From Myxococcales bacterium (GTDB lineage Bacteria; Myxococcota; Kuafuiibacteriia; Kuafuiibacteriales; Kuafuiibacteriaceae): a DNA stretch of 64,000 nt. Of this stretch, positions 9,647 to 20,121 are shown one piece after another. Location: the NCBI GenBank assembly GCA_019634385.1, contig JAHQVK010000175.1:333-64332 (forward strand), in the 5' to 3' direction. Every line of letters begins with the position of its first letter. Within the stretch, counting starts at the first letter, position 1. The notes under the pieces were generated by a model. It was given only the letters and a program-made list of their open reading frames with translations. It did no database searches and was not told where the DNA came from. A program made the position numbers and the translations under genes.

Positions 9647-10885
9647 GTGGGATGGATCGAACTGCTGCTGATCCTTGGCGAAACGATGTCCGCCCAAGCA
9701 CTCTCGCAAGCAAGGCTCCATCCACAATTGACGGCGGTACCGTTAGGTGCGGTAGCACCGGGAGACGTTACTTGTCCTCGATGGTCCAAAGACGGAAGGC
9801 ACATTGCCTTTGAACGTGTATTTCATGCTCAGAAACGAGTGGAACTCTATCTGCTCGAGAATGTTCATAGTGGTCACTCCAGTACCGTTCGGTTGAGTGG
9901 TCAACAATCAGCGGGTAGCAAGGAGGGGCGCCGCTCAGAGGATGGCAAGGGGCGGCTACGCTCATTGTTCAAGGGACTGGAGATTGAGCGATGTCATGAT
10001 CTTGCTTGGGCGACAGAGGATGTGGCGTTTGTCTGCAACGATGGGGGAGAGCAACTATACATAAGACGTGGGAAAAGAAGATCGGTTGCAGTCACTGAGA
10101 AGGGTGTGTCTGCTCAACCAACTTGGTCCGCGGATGGGATGACATTGGTGTTTGTGTCTACTCGGGATGGTTTGGGAGCCCTGCATCAGATTTCGTTTGA
10201 AGGGGACCGTCTTGATGGGCCGAGCCCGCTCCTTAAGCGTTCGGAGAATCTAGAGCTCTACCCACAGTGGCACCCGAAAAAACCTTACTTGTTGTACACA
10301 GCCATGACGTCGGGACGGGGCAGTGATGTTCATTTGCTTTCTGAGATAGCTGCGCAAGCTAAAATCCGCCAACTTGTTAGTACCCCATACGATGAATTTC
10401 ATGCTACTTGGTCCCCAAACGGTCAGAAAATCGCGTTTTATAGAGTAAGAAACCGGGGGGAGGGAGGCCCGAGGCAGACATTGCCACGGGCTCTGACTGC
10501 TGACGAATCTGACATCTGGATTAAAGACGTCAGCGCGGACCAGCCTTCATTTCGATTGGCTTCTGCGGTCCATGTGACTACGGGCGGTCCAGCGTGGAGC
10601 CCGGATGGAGACTGGGTCGTATATACATCGGGGGCCAGTGATCAATTGTTTGCCGCGGAGGCAAAAATTGACGGACAAGTTATAGAAATTCCGTTAGCGA
10701 CTATTTCGAACCGGGAGCCGGTGCTAACTAAGTATCAAGAGCGCTGGTTTGTAGCTTATACCACTCTCGGTGAGGCGAAAAACGACAAACGGATGTGGAG
10801 AAGGCTTTATTGGACTCATCTGGACTCTACGATTTTCAGAGTTGCTGGTGATAAAGAAGACAAACGAAATGGGAATGCCTACTAG
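9647..10885 (+). CDS. TolB-like / PD40 beta-propeller protein
   Basis: Repeated PRWSKDG, PTWSADG, ATWSPNG and PAWSPDG blades. Confidence 0.8.
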   Translation: MGWIELLLILGETMSAQALSQARLHPQLTAVPLGAVAPGDVTCPRWSKDGRHIAFERVFHAQKRVELYLLENVHSGHSSTVRLSGQQSAGSKEGRRSEDGKGRLRSLFKGLEIERCHDLAWATEDVAFVCNDGGEQLYIRRGKRRSVAVTEKGVSAQPTWSADGMTLVFVSTRDGLGALHQISFEGDRLDGPSPLLKRSENLELYPQWHPKKPYLLYTAMTSGRGSDVHLLSEIAAQAKIRQLVSTPYDEFHATWSPNGQKIAFYRVRNRGEGGPRQTLPRALTADESDIWIKDVSADQPSFRLASAVHVTTGGPAWSPDGDWVVYTSGASDQLFAAEAKIDGQVIEIPLATISNREPVLTKYQERWFVAYTTLGEAKNDKRMWRRLYWTHLDSTIFRVAGDKEDKRNGNAY

Positions 10886-11073
10886 CTAGGGCGTGTCTTT
10901 AACCTCTGGATGTGGAGCTGACGCGGTATCTCGCGCGTGTGAAGGGTCGGTCCCGGAGGGAGGGTACCGGATGTACCGGACCGAGGGGCCCGAAAGGGGG
11001 GCGAAGCCACCGGCCCCTCACAAACGATGGAAACAAGTCAGCACGCGGTCCGGAGGGTAAAGACACGCCCTAA
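10886..11073 (+). mobile_element. MITE family A
   Basis: CTAGGGCGTGTCTTTA ... TAAAGACACGCCCTAA, immediately after a stop codon. Confidence 0.85.
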
Positions 11074-11551
11074 CATTACCTGATTGGTGTTGTCCTGAGA
11101 TGTCTGGGCATCCATTGTTCACAACAGGGGTACCGTGCCATTTTCCGTATGAGACTTCTTTTAGGAACCCAGAAAATTGGTTCCAATTCTGAGTAGAGGA
11201 CGGAAAAGTGCTTTCGGTATTGTCCACACCCCGGACGTTGAGCTCGGCCTGTTGTTTCTCCTGGATAATGTGTTGGAGCCGCTCAAACCCTTGTGAGGAC
11301 TGCTTGGCCTTGTGCCACCGCCATCTGCATACATTGGCTACATAACAATTAGGTATTGCGAGGTGGCATTTTAATGTCGGAGGTGGTCTATTACTTGTCC
11401 TCGAGGTACCTTAATATCCAGCAACCTGAGCTTTCCCTTTCTCATCATTTGTCTCTTCGGAGGCTAACTGTGGCTAGTCTCCTACGAGTTCAGACATTCG
11501 GTGGATCCGATATTCGCTATAGTTATTTGCCAACTTTGAGTACACATTGCA

Positions 11552-11664
11552 TACAGCAGAAATCACTTGGGTTGAACCCAAGTTTCTGCTTCTACTCGGG
11601 CCTATACCCCGCCGCGCGCGCCTTGTTGATTCTTACAACATCAATTCAAGTGGGCTTTGCTGTA
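11552..11664. mobile_element. MITE family C (~113 bp)
   Basis: TACAGCAGAAATCACTTGGGTTGAACCCAAG ... TTTGCTGTA; TA at both ends. Confidence 0.85.
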
Positions 11665-11781
11665 GTTGGTATATATAGCTGCACTTAGTAAGAAATATGG
11701 CGCAGGGGAAATCAAAATATTTCGACCCTGCTACTTCATTATGTTTGAATATGAGTGATACAATACCCTCAGCAGTATGAC

Positions 11782-12246
11782 CTAAAAGCAAAAACTAATG
11801 CGCTTTTCTGACAGTGTGCGCAATTTTTTATCTTTGATAGTTCGCAGCTTGATGAGAACTTTACCACAAGTGGCGCTGCTTTGCTCAATTTGGTGGACTT
11901 TTATTCCAACTAGCTTGCTATCGATGTCAATGAACCGCTCGTAGGGTAGCTTGACGGGGCCATTAACGACCGGTTGAAAGCTCGAGACGGGGGTTTTACA
12001 GTGGGTTTCAACAGACATAGAACTATTCATGAGCAACGGCCAGTTTTCCCGAGAGGTGTCGGCACGCATTATGACTTTACAATGGTACCCATCACTTATG
12101 AGCTCTTGAGTGACAACTGTAGGGAGCTGTGACTTCACGGTGTGTGAGGAGCATCCGTGAGCACTGAGTACCAAAGTCGTAATTCGCAGTACCGAAGTCA
12201 AGCGCCAACACGTTGACCGTAGCTTGAAGGGGAGAGAATGCCTCAT
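11782..12246 (-). CDS. hypothetical lipoprotein
   Basis: 154-aa ORF with LVLSAHGC lipobox-like motif. Confidence 0.45.
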   Translation of the reverse strand: MRHSLPFKLRSTCWRLTSVLRITTLVLSAHGCSSHTVKSQLPTVVTQELISDGYHCKVIMRADTSRENWPLLMNSSMSVETHCKTPVSSFQPVVNGPVKLPYERFIDIDSKLVGIKVHQIEQSSATCGKVLIKLRTIKDKKLRTLSEKRISFCF

Positions 12247-12406
12247 GATCTACCTTTATTATGCTATCGGCGCTTTGGTCCTTAAACTAAGGGGGGTCAG
12301 CCGTGGTTATGCACTGGCGGCTCATTTGGTACCACGCTTATTGGTATTGATGGTCTCGATCTGGATGTGGCTGCAAATGGTTGAGAATTTGTCGACTATT
12401 TTAGCT

Positions 12407-13540
12407 ATGCAGCTTACTACCTTTATCCATCAGCTTGGCGTAGGGTGGAATAGCGCTTTTCCCGACCTAGACTCTGAGACTACCCTAGTTCTTGTATTTG
12501 GCTCCCCTGAGTATCGTGGTTCACCGGATGCAGTGATGGAACTACAGCGAGCCTATCCGCGCTCCGTTGTCATTGGTTGCTCAACAGCGGGGGAGGTAGC
12601 GCAGCACAATGTCAATGATAATAGTTTATCCGTGGCGGTGGCGAAGTTTAGTCATACACCGCTCAGAAGTGCCTATGCCGATGTAGATACAAGACGGTCT
12701 CGAGCGGCGGGCTTTGAATTGGCTCAGCAGTTGAAGAGTCCGGAACTAAAAGGAGTATTCGTTGTCTCTGATGGCTTGCAGGTCAATGGTAGTGACTTGG
12801 TACAAGGGCTCTACGATGGATTAGGTACCGAGGTGCCAGTTTGTGGGGGACTAGCGGCTGATGGTGAACGTTTCCAGCAGACCTGGATTGTGCAACGCGA
12901 CGGCTTGGTAAGCGGTAAAGTTGGTGCTGTTGGTTTCTATGGTGAACGGATAAGGCTTGATTGTGGCTCTAAAGGGGGATGGCAGATTTTCGGTCCCGAG
13001 CGAAAGATAACAAGCGCGGAAGGAAATATCGTCTACACCTTTGATGATCAGTCTGCGCTTGAGCTATATAAAGTCTATCTAGGGGAGCACGCGAATGATT
13101 TGCCAGCAGCGGCACTGTTGTTTCCCTTGTCGGTGCGCCGAAGGCCAAATGGACCTGCGGTGGTTCGGACCATACTATCTACGGATGAAGATAGAAAGTC
13201 CATGACTTTTGCTGGTGATATGCCGGTGGGAGCACGGACACAGTTGATGCGTGCTAGTTTTGATCGACTGATTGATGGGGCGGAGGGGGCGGCGAAGATG
13301 TTGAGTAGTCCGGGTGAGCCGAAAGAGTCTCCCATGCTCTGTGTTCTTGTCAGCTGTGTTGGGCGTAGACTGGTCCTGGGCGAGAGGATTGAAGAAGAAG
13401 TTGAAGCAGTACTTGAGGTCCTGCCCGCAAACGCCCAACAGATTGGCTTTTATGCTTATGGTGAAATATCTCCCGACGTCTCTGGGGTATGTGACTTACA
13501 CAACCAGACCATGACCCTAATGACAATCTATGAGCAATAG
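12407..13540 (+). CDS. FIST (NosP-like) sensory protein
   Basis: GCSTAGE, SDGLQVNG, GGLAADG, SCVGRR and GFYAYGEI...LHNQT motifs; start moved to ATG 12407 (ORF track starts at 12224). Confidence 0.9.
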   Translation: MQLTTFIHQLGVGWNSAFPDLDSETTLVLVFGSPEYRGSPDAVMELQRAYPRSVVIGCSTAGEVAQHNVNDNSLSVAVAKFSHTPLRSAYADVDTRRSRAAGFELAQQLKSPELKGVFVVSDGLQVNGSDLVQGLYDGLGTEVPVCGGLAADGERFQQTWIVQRDGLVSGKVGAVGFYGERIRLDCGSKGGWQIFGPERKITSAEGNIVYTFDDQSALELYKVYLGEHANDLPAAALLFPLSVRRRPNGPAVVRTILSTDEDRKSMTFAGDMPVGARTQLMRASFDRLIDGAEGAAKMLSSPGEPKESPMLCVLVSCVGRRLVLGERIEEEVEAVLEVLPANAQQIGFYAYGEISPDVSGVCDLHNQTMTLMTIYEQ

Positions 13541-15650
13541 TAAGTATCATAGGGCGCTGAGACGACAGTTGCGCCGCTTAGATATAGATGCGGAGAAGGG
13601 TCCCGAGGATGAGAAAGGATGGCGGGCCTTCTTAGCGGCGGTCAGCCAGGCTTATGTTCATAGTGATCGAGATCGATACTTACTCGAGAGATCGCTTAAC
13701 CTCTCTTTCGTTGAGACCTCGGAGCTGCACCGAAATTTGAACACAGAGCGCGACCGTCTACTTGCTGTGCTTAGGGCGATGACTGATGGTTTGTTTGCAC
13801 TGACCTTGGAGGCAAAGGTTATTGTTGCCAACGAAGCGGCGGCGCGGATGCTAGGTGATTCGGTGTCTACGCTCAATGGGGCGAGCGTGCTCGAGCGATT
13901 TCAGTTCTCCAAGCTCAACCACCGAGAGCTTTTTGAGGCGATTAAGAACGGTGAGCCCTACGAAGAGCAAAATGCCTCACTACATTTGGCATCACGCTGT
14001 ATTGATATATCGTGTTCGCTTACGCCGCTTCATGAACATGGGGAGCTTGTGGGCACTGTATTTGTGTTTCGAGACGTCAGTGAACAGCGACTTGCAAAAT
14101 GTCGCCTTGCCAAGGCGTTGAATGAGGCTCAGGAGGCGGTTAGGGTAAAGTCAAGCTTTCTGGCTAATATGAGTCATGAGATTCGCACGCCAATGAATGG
14201 TATCATTGGTATGACTACACTGCTTCTCGATACTTCGCTGTCCTCTACGCAACGCGAGTTCGCCAAAACGATAGGCAATTCAGCTGACGCACTGCTGGTG
14301 ATTATTAATGATATCTTAGATATCTCAAAGCTAGAGGCCGATAGCCTTGAGTTGGAAGAGGTGGATATTGACTTTGTCCAACTTATTGAAGAGGTGGCGA
14401 ATTTGCTTGCGATTCAGGCCCATCGAAAACGGGTTGAATTCGTAATTCGGCTATCACCGAACATACCTAAGTTGGTCACTGGTGATCCAGGGAGGATACG
14501 GCAGATTCTCCTCAATTTGGTCAGTAATGCTATTAAGTTTACGTCTGTTGGTGAGGTTCGGGTGAGTGTCGATGCGATGATTGATGATGGCGTTGCACTC
14601 ATGGAGTGTGCGGTGAGTGATACTGGTATTGGTATCGAGGCAGAGTCGCAGGATAAACTATTTCGACCGTTCTCTCAAGTTGATGCATCGACAACCCGAA
14701 AGTTTGGAGGGACAGGGCTCGGGTTGGCGATTAGTCATCAGTTGGCGGTTGCTATGGGAGGAGATATAACTTTGTCTAGTGCGCCGGGCGTAGGGTCATG
14801 CTTTACGCTACAGGTGCCTCTTAAAGTAAGCGATTTATCACTGGCGGGGCATAGAATTTCTTGTAAATGGGTTGTTGGACTCCTAGAGGGTAATGATAGT
14901 ACAAGAAATATTTTAAGAACTTATCTGAAGGAATTAGGATGCATAACCGTTGATATATCTCCAGATGTTATAGAGATGCCCAATGTAGACATTGATGTAG
15001 TTATATGTGATATCTATTCCATTTGTATAGATGCAGAAAAACGCCTAGAAAAATGGCATTCTGAGCCAATGTTAGCCAGCGGTGGTTGGATCTTTTTGAC
15101 GAAGGTGACGACCCAAAAAAAAGTACAGGAATTGGCGGATCGGTATGGCGCAAGAGTGTTGCCCAAACCGGTGCAGCGCTCAGCGTTTACCAAACTGGTT
15201 ACCGAAGTGGCATCAGGCAAAGCAATGTCTGGGGTTTCAGGCACAGAAGCGCCAGTTATTCCATTGCCCCAATTTAGCGGAACCGCACTGGTGGTTGACG
15301 ATAGCTCGGTCAATCAGCGGGTAGCTCAGGGATTGCTTAACCGCATCGGAATCAAGACAGAGGTGGCTGACAATGGGGAGGATGCGGTTCAAAAGGTTTG
15401 TACGAAGGCATACGACGTAGTGTTTATGGACTGTCAGATGCCGATTGTAGATGGTTACGAAGCAACTCGGCGTATTCGGCAATATGAAAAGGAACAGGCA
15501 CTAGGTCAGCACCAGCTCATTGTTGCAATGACTGCAAATGCTATGAGTGGAGATGTAGCTCGTTGCTTGGAGTCAGGTATGGATGACTACATGTCTAAGC
15601 CGGTATCACGGGAGCAGCTAATAGAAATGCTTATTCGGCGTATAGGCTGA
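13530..15650 (+). CDS. hybrid sensor histidine kinase (PAS-HisKA-HATPase-degenerate REC-REC)
   Basis: FLANMSHEIRTPMNG, NLVSNAIKFT, DTGIGI, GGTGLGL and FMDCQMP motifs; overlaps the FIST gene. Confidence 0.95.
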   Translation: MSNSKYHRALRRQLRRLDIDAEKGPEDEKGWRAFLAAVSQAYVHSDRDRYLLERSLNLSFVETSELHRNLNTERDRLLAVLRAMTDGLFALTLEAKVIVANEAAARMLGDSVSTLNGASVLERFQFSKLNHRELFEAIKNGEPYEEQNASLHLASRCIDISCSLTPLHEHGELVGTVFVFRDVSEQRLAKCRLAKALNEAQEAVRVKSSFLANMSHEIRTPMNGIIGMTTLLLDTSLSSTQREFAKTIGNSADALLVIINDILDISKLEADSLELEEVDIDFVQLIEEVANLLAIQAHRKRVEFVIRLSPNIPKLVTGDPGRIRQILLNLVSNAIKFTSVGEVRVSVDAMIDDGVALMECAVSDTGIGIEAESQDKLFRPFSQVDASTTRKFGGTGLGLAISHQLAVAMGGDITLSSAPGVGSCFTLQVPLKVSDLSLAGHRISCKWVVGLLEGNDSTRNILRTYLKELGCITVDISPDVIEMPNVDIDVVICDIYSICIDAEKRLEKWHSEPMLASGGWIFLTKVTTQKKVQELADRYGARVLPKPVQRSAFTKLVTEVASGKAMSGVSGTEAPVIPLPQFSGTALVVDDSSVNQRVAQGLLNRIGIKTEVADNGEDAVQKVCTKAYDVVFMDCQMPIVDGYEATRRIRQYEKEQALGQHQLIVAMTANAMSGDVARCLESGMDDYMSKPVSREQLIEMLIRRIG

Positions 15651-15670
15651 AATCGCGATATTTCGACGAC

Positions 15671-15858
15671 TTAGGGCGTGTTTTTACCCTCCGGATCGCG
15701 TTCTGACTTGTATCCTGCGTTGGTGAGTGGTCGGTGGCTTCGCCACCTTTTCGGGCCCCTTGGCCAGGTAGATCCAGTCCCCTCCCTCCGTGGCCGCCCC
15801 CTCACAAACGTGGGCTACGGCGTCATCTCCGCAGCTGGAGGGTAAAGACACGCCCTAG
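15671..15858 (-). mobile_element. MITE family A, reverse orientation
   Basis: TTAGGGCGTGTTTTTA ... TAAAGACACGCCCTAG; shares its CTAG with the adjacent B copy. Confidence 0.85.
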
Positions 15859-16033
15859 CAGGCCATCGGAAAAGTGAGTTAGGCGCTTCGCGGGTCCTTT
15901 TTCCGTGGAACGTCCGGACCGGCTTCGCCTTTCATCGGTTGCATACGCCCGGTATGCGCCTTCTTCATCCGGAGCGTTCCACGGAAAAGATACTTCGCGG
16001 ATCACCCATCTCACTTCTCCGATGGCCTGCAAG
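15855..16033 (+). mobile_element. MITE family B
   Basis: CTAGCAGGCCATCGGAAAAGTG ... CACTTCTCCGATGGCCTGC. Confidence 0.85.
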
Positions 16034-16097
16034 TGAGCACTTTGTTGGTGGAGGTAGGTCTGAGTCGAAGTAAGAGGTGAAAGAAGCAGTATGATTC

Positions 16098-17453
16098 TTG
16101 GTGAAGCCTGCAATAGACTCCGTGAGTAGGCTGGATATGGAAGACTTAGCACTGCAGCGACTGCCGCGACCCAAGCAAAGCGAGCTGATGATTAAGAAGC
16201 TCGGCCCCTGCGAATATCCGTCCCCACTCGAAGTGCGAGGGAGACGGTTTATTGCTGATGATTGCCGAGTAGAGTTGAGCAAGCATATTGTCGGGGGGGT
16301 CCTCAACGAGGAGTTATCGTTTGAGGCGGCTGGTCCCCGGGCCAACGTATTCTTCAACCCAGAGAACACAACCGCGGCATTCGTGACCTGTGGAGGTTTA
16401 TCACCAGGACTAAACAATGTGATTCGATCCGGATACCTTGAGCTATTCTTTAACTATGGAGTGCAGCGTATCTTGGGAATTCATAATGGGTACAGGGGGT
16501 TGAATCCTAAATCTGGTTTGGAACCTACGGTGATGACCCATCGATTTGTACAGGATATCCATTACATGGGTGGTACGGTTTTGGGGAGCTCTCGAGGCGC
16601 GCATGACCCAGTTCTTCTCGTGGATGCCATGGAAGCCCATCAGATTGATATTCTCTTTTGTATTGGGGGGGATGGAACTCAGCGAGGTGCGCATCGGGTC
16701 CAGCAAGAGATTGCCCGGCGAGCTCTGAAGAAATCTGTTGTAGGTATTCCTAAGACTATCGATAATGATGTGCCCTATGTGGAATTGAGCTTCGGCCATG
16801 TGACGGCGCTTGAAGTAGCGGCGGATGTCTTGCGTGGTGCACATGTCGAAGCAAAAGGGGCGCCCAATGGCGTCGGTTTGGTTAAGGTTATGGGCCGGGG
16901 CGCCGGATTTATTGCGGCGGGCGCTGCGCTTGCGAGCCAGGAGGCTAATTTTGTCCTGGTCCCTGAAGTACCCTTCCCTCTAGAGGGAGAAGGAGGCTTC
17001 CTTGATTGTCTAGAACAGCGTCTACTGGCCCGCGATCATGCTCTGGTGGTAGTCGCTGAGGGAGCGGGTCAGCATCTTTTTAACGATACAAGCTCAGAAG
17101 TGGATCAGTCAGGTAATCAGCGGTTTCGAGACATTGGCGTCTTCCTCAGGGATCGAATCAAAGAGCACTTCAAGAGAAAGCGCATTGAACTCAATCTCAA
17201 ATATATTGATCCAAGCTACGCTATTCGCAGCGTACCGGCGAATGCGTGGGATCGCATACTAAGCGATCGAATGGCGAGAGCTGCTGTTCATGCGGCTATG
17301 GCAGGGAAGACGGATACAATGATTGGCTACTGGAGTAATGAGATCGTTCACGTACCTATCTCAGCGGCGGTAGCACAAAAGAAGCAGATGTTTCTGGGTG
17401 GGGATCTTTGGAATGCGGTAATGGCTACCACTGGTCAGCCAGAGTGGTATTAA
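16098..17453 (+). CDS. pfkA: ATP-dependent 6-phosphofructokinase (long, group X-like)
   Basis: TCGGLSPGLN, GGTVLGSSRG, IGGDGT, PKTIDND and VMGRGAGFIA motifs; start uncertain. Confidence 0.9.
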   Translation: MVKPAIDSVSRLDMEDLALQRLPRPKQSELMIKKLGPCEYPSPLEVRGRRFIADDCRVELSKHIVGGVLNEELSFEAAGPRANVFFNPENTTAAFVTCGGLSPGLNNVIRSGYLELFFNYGVQRILGIHNGYRGLNPKSGLEPTVMTHRFVQDIHYMGGTVLGSSRGAHDPVLLVDAMEAHQIDILFCIGGDGTQRGAHRVQQEIARRALKKSVVGIPKTIDNDVPYVELSFGHVTALEVAADVLRGAHVEAKGAPNGVGLVKVMGRGAGFIAAGAALASQEANFVLVPEVPFPLEGEGGFLDCLEQRLLARDHALVVVAEGAGQHLFNDTSSEVDQSGNQRFRDIGVFLRDRIKEHFKRKRIELNLKYIDPSYAIRSVPANAWDRILSDRMARAAVHAAMAGKTDTMIGYWSNEIVHVPISAAVAQKKQMFLGGDLWNAVMATTGQPEWY

Positions 17454-17464
17454 CAAGATGGCTG

Positions 17465-18529
17465 TTAGCTGCTGTGGGTGCGCCGTTGGCGCACAGCAGC
17501 GGCGAGTTGTTCCAGGACTGGAACGGTATCTTCCCATCCTAGACAGGCGTCGGTGATCGACTGACCATATCGTAGATCCTCGGGCCTGGTGAGGTTTTGC
17601 CGGCCGGCAACCAAGTGACTCTCCAGCATGGTACCAACAAGTGCTTGATTACCCTTAGTGACTTGCTCCGCGAGATCGCCGGCAACTATTGGTTGTCGGC
17701 TGTGATCTTTTTGGCTGTTCGCGTGTGAGCAATCGACCATGATCCCCGTAGAGATTTCAGCGCTGTCGAGATGTTTCTCTAGAATTGAGAGGTGATCGGC
17801 TGAGTAATTAGGGCCAGAGGCGCCTCCACGGAGAATGACGTGGCAGGCGTCGTTACCCTTGGTCGCTACGATGGCAGAGATCCCTTGTTTTGTGACGGAG
17901 AGAAAGTGATGTGGAGCTCGAGCCGCTCGAATGGCATCTACGGCAATGGCTACATCTCCTCCCGTACTATTTTTGAAGCCCACTGCCATCGATAATCCTG
18001 AAGCGAGTTCGCGATGGATCTGGCTCTCTGTCGTACGAGCGCCGATGGCACCCCATGCGACAAGGTCAGCGATAAATTGAGGGCTAATAGTGTCCAAAAA
18101 CTCGGTGCCTACCGGAACCCCAAGTTGCGAGATTGTGAGAACCAAGTTACGAGCGATCCGGAGGCCTTCGTTGATTCGAAAGGTGCCATCTAGGTAAGGA
18201 TCGTTGATAAGTCCTTTCCAACCGACGGTCGTGCGAGGCTTTTCAAAATAGACTCGCATCACAATAAATAGATCGTCTTGTAGGCGTTCAGCGCAAGCTT
18301 TGAGCAGGCGGGCGTATTCCACGGCCGCGCCTGGATCGTGCACGGAGCACGGCCCAACAACCACAAGCAGACGATCATCTTTTTGCTTGACGATATCATC
18401 AACGGTGGAACGCCACTGTCGCACAGCAGTTGCGATTTCCTCGGTTGCGGGAAGTTCCTCCATCAAGATTTGGGGAGGAATCAGAGGCTTGAGTTGGAGT
18501 ATGCGCACATCGTCTGTGGCGGAGGACAT
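17465..18529 (-). CDS. aroG: 3-deoxy-7-phosphoheptulonate (DAHP) synthase, class I alpha
   Basis: GPCSVHD, MRVYFEKPRTTVGWKG, IGARTTESQIHR, DCSHANS and SITDAC motifs; aroF/G/H isozyme not resolvable. Confidence 0.92.
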   Translation of the reverse strand: MSSATDDVRILQLKPLIPPQILMEELPATEEIATAVRQWRSTVDDIVKQKDDRLLVVVGPCSVHDPGAAVEYARLLKACAERLQDDLFIVMRVYFEKPRTTVGWKGLINDPYLDGTFRINEGLRIARNLVLTISQLGVPVGTEFLDTISPQFIADLVAWGAIGARTTESQIHRELASGLSMAVGFKNSTGGDVAIAVDAIRAARAPHHFLSVTKQGISAIVATKGNDACHVILRGGASGPNYSADHLSILEKHLDSAEISTGIMVDCSHANSQKDHSRQPIVAGDLAEQVTKGNQALVGTMLESHLVAGRQNLTRPEDLRYGQSITDACLGWEDTVPVLEQLAAAVRQRRTHSS

Positions 18530-18861
18530 GTCGCCTTACGAGTACGGTGCGCGTCCCAATTCAGCAAGTGTCGCAAATAGCTAGCGCGTTTTATGGGCAT
18601 TGAAGGCTGGTTCTGAGGGGTGATGAACCGGACTGACACCTTCAAAGTGGGTGGTTCCCGCACTTTCGGGGGGGTATTGCCGGAGCGCTGCAAACCGCGT
18701 GATATTCGACGACCGAAATAGAGCTACGACGTTTCTTTTACGTCGGCGTGAAACTATTGCGAAGAATTTGCTTTGGCCGAATGTGCGGACTGGGGGGCAG
18801 GCTAGCCATAGCCCGCTGACTGAGAATCCCGATTAGATAGGTGGCCGCAAGTTACAGGATA

Positions 18862-19159
18862 TTAGGGCGTGTCTTTAAACTCCAGCTGCGGAGATGACGC
18901 TGTACAGCAGAAATCACTTGGGTTGAACCCAGGTTCCTGCTTCTACGCGGGGCTATGCCCCGCTGCGCGACCACTTGTTGATTCTTATAGAATCAACAAG
19001 TGGTGTTTGCTGTATCCCGTGTTTGCGAGGGTTCGGCCCCGAAGGGAGGGTACGGTAAGTACCGGACCGAGGGGCCCAAAAGGGGGGTGAAGCCACCGAC
19101 GCCTCACAAATGAGGGAAACAAGTCAGACCGCGGTCCGGAGTCTAAAGACACGCCCTAG
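18862..19159 (+). mobile_element. MITE family A containing a nested family C copy (18903-19014)
   Basis: A termini TTAGGGCGTGTC ... GACACGCCCTAG; C inserted at GCTG^TA^TCCCG with TA duplicated. Confidence 0.9.
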
Positions 19160-20006
19160 CTAGGTGGAATCATGGACGAGTACCAACCGTAAGAGACGTC
19201 CTAATGAGGGACAATACGGACTCAAGTCTGCAGAGCGAAGATGGAGCCTTTATATCTCCGCCCCGAATACAAAACACCACGAGGTGATCCGCCATTGGGG
19301 GTAAAGTGCTGGCGAAGATAATGTTTCGCGGTGCGCGACTGGTTTGGGGTCTTGTTTTTGGCTCTGCACCAAGCGGACCGACCTCGGCCTCTTGTTGAGG
19401 GGTGCTTACGTCGATTGAGGGATGCGTAAGTTGTTCCATTCTCGCTAGCCCATTGGGGCAAAACTATCCCTGAATGCAGAGCGCCACGGGACTAGAGTGA
19501 TATGTACAGTTTGCTGTACAATAGTTCTACGTAGCCCTAGCATTGATAGTCTCTATGTGACTGGAGTAGTTGGTATGGAGCGGTCACAAAGTTGATGGTT
19601 TTCAATACGCGGTTGCCGAAAGTTGGTCTCAGCGGGGTTTGTGGTCGCGGGGTGTTCTGGCGGTTGAATTGTCGGTTGCTACGACACTTAGGCGGAGTTG
19701 GGCACAAGTACACTATGCTCCGTCCCCGAATGGCGAGGACGAGTCACTAGGTAGGTTATTGACTGATACTGCGTGTGAGTCGGATTCATAGCTTTCTTGT
19801 GTATTGAGACAACGAATGCTTGAGTGTCTACGCTGTCTGTTGGTGAGGGTTGGGTGTTGGAAGGTTATAAAGTGCCTTAATCCGTTGTTGACCAGTTCGT
19901 AGGAGACCCACTTGACAGCTGGCTTGATGTATCGGTTCAAAGTTTCCCAGCATCAATGTGGGGAGGTGCACAGCTGATGTCGGCAGAGCTGGCAAAATTG
20001 ACTGGC

Positions 20007-20121
20007 TACAGCGGAAATCACTTGGGTTGAATCCAAGTTCCTGCTTCTACGCGGGGCTATGCCCCGCTGCGCGACCCCCATGTTGATTCTTACAGAATCA
20101 ATTCAAGTGGTCTTTGCTGTA
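20007..20121. mobile_element. MITE family C
   Basis: TACAGCGGAAATCAC ... GGTCTTTGCTGTA. Confidence 0.85.

Noticed and set aside
19170..19940. Small ORFs upstream of the helicase operon
   Set aside because: No recognisable domain; they could be gene remnants, but this cannot be supported from the sequence alone.
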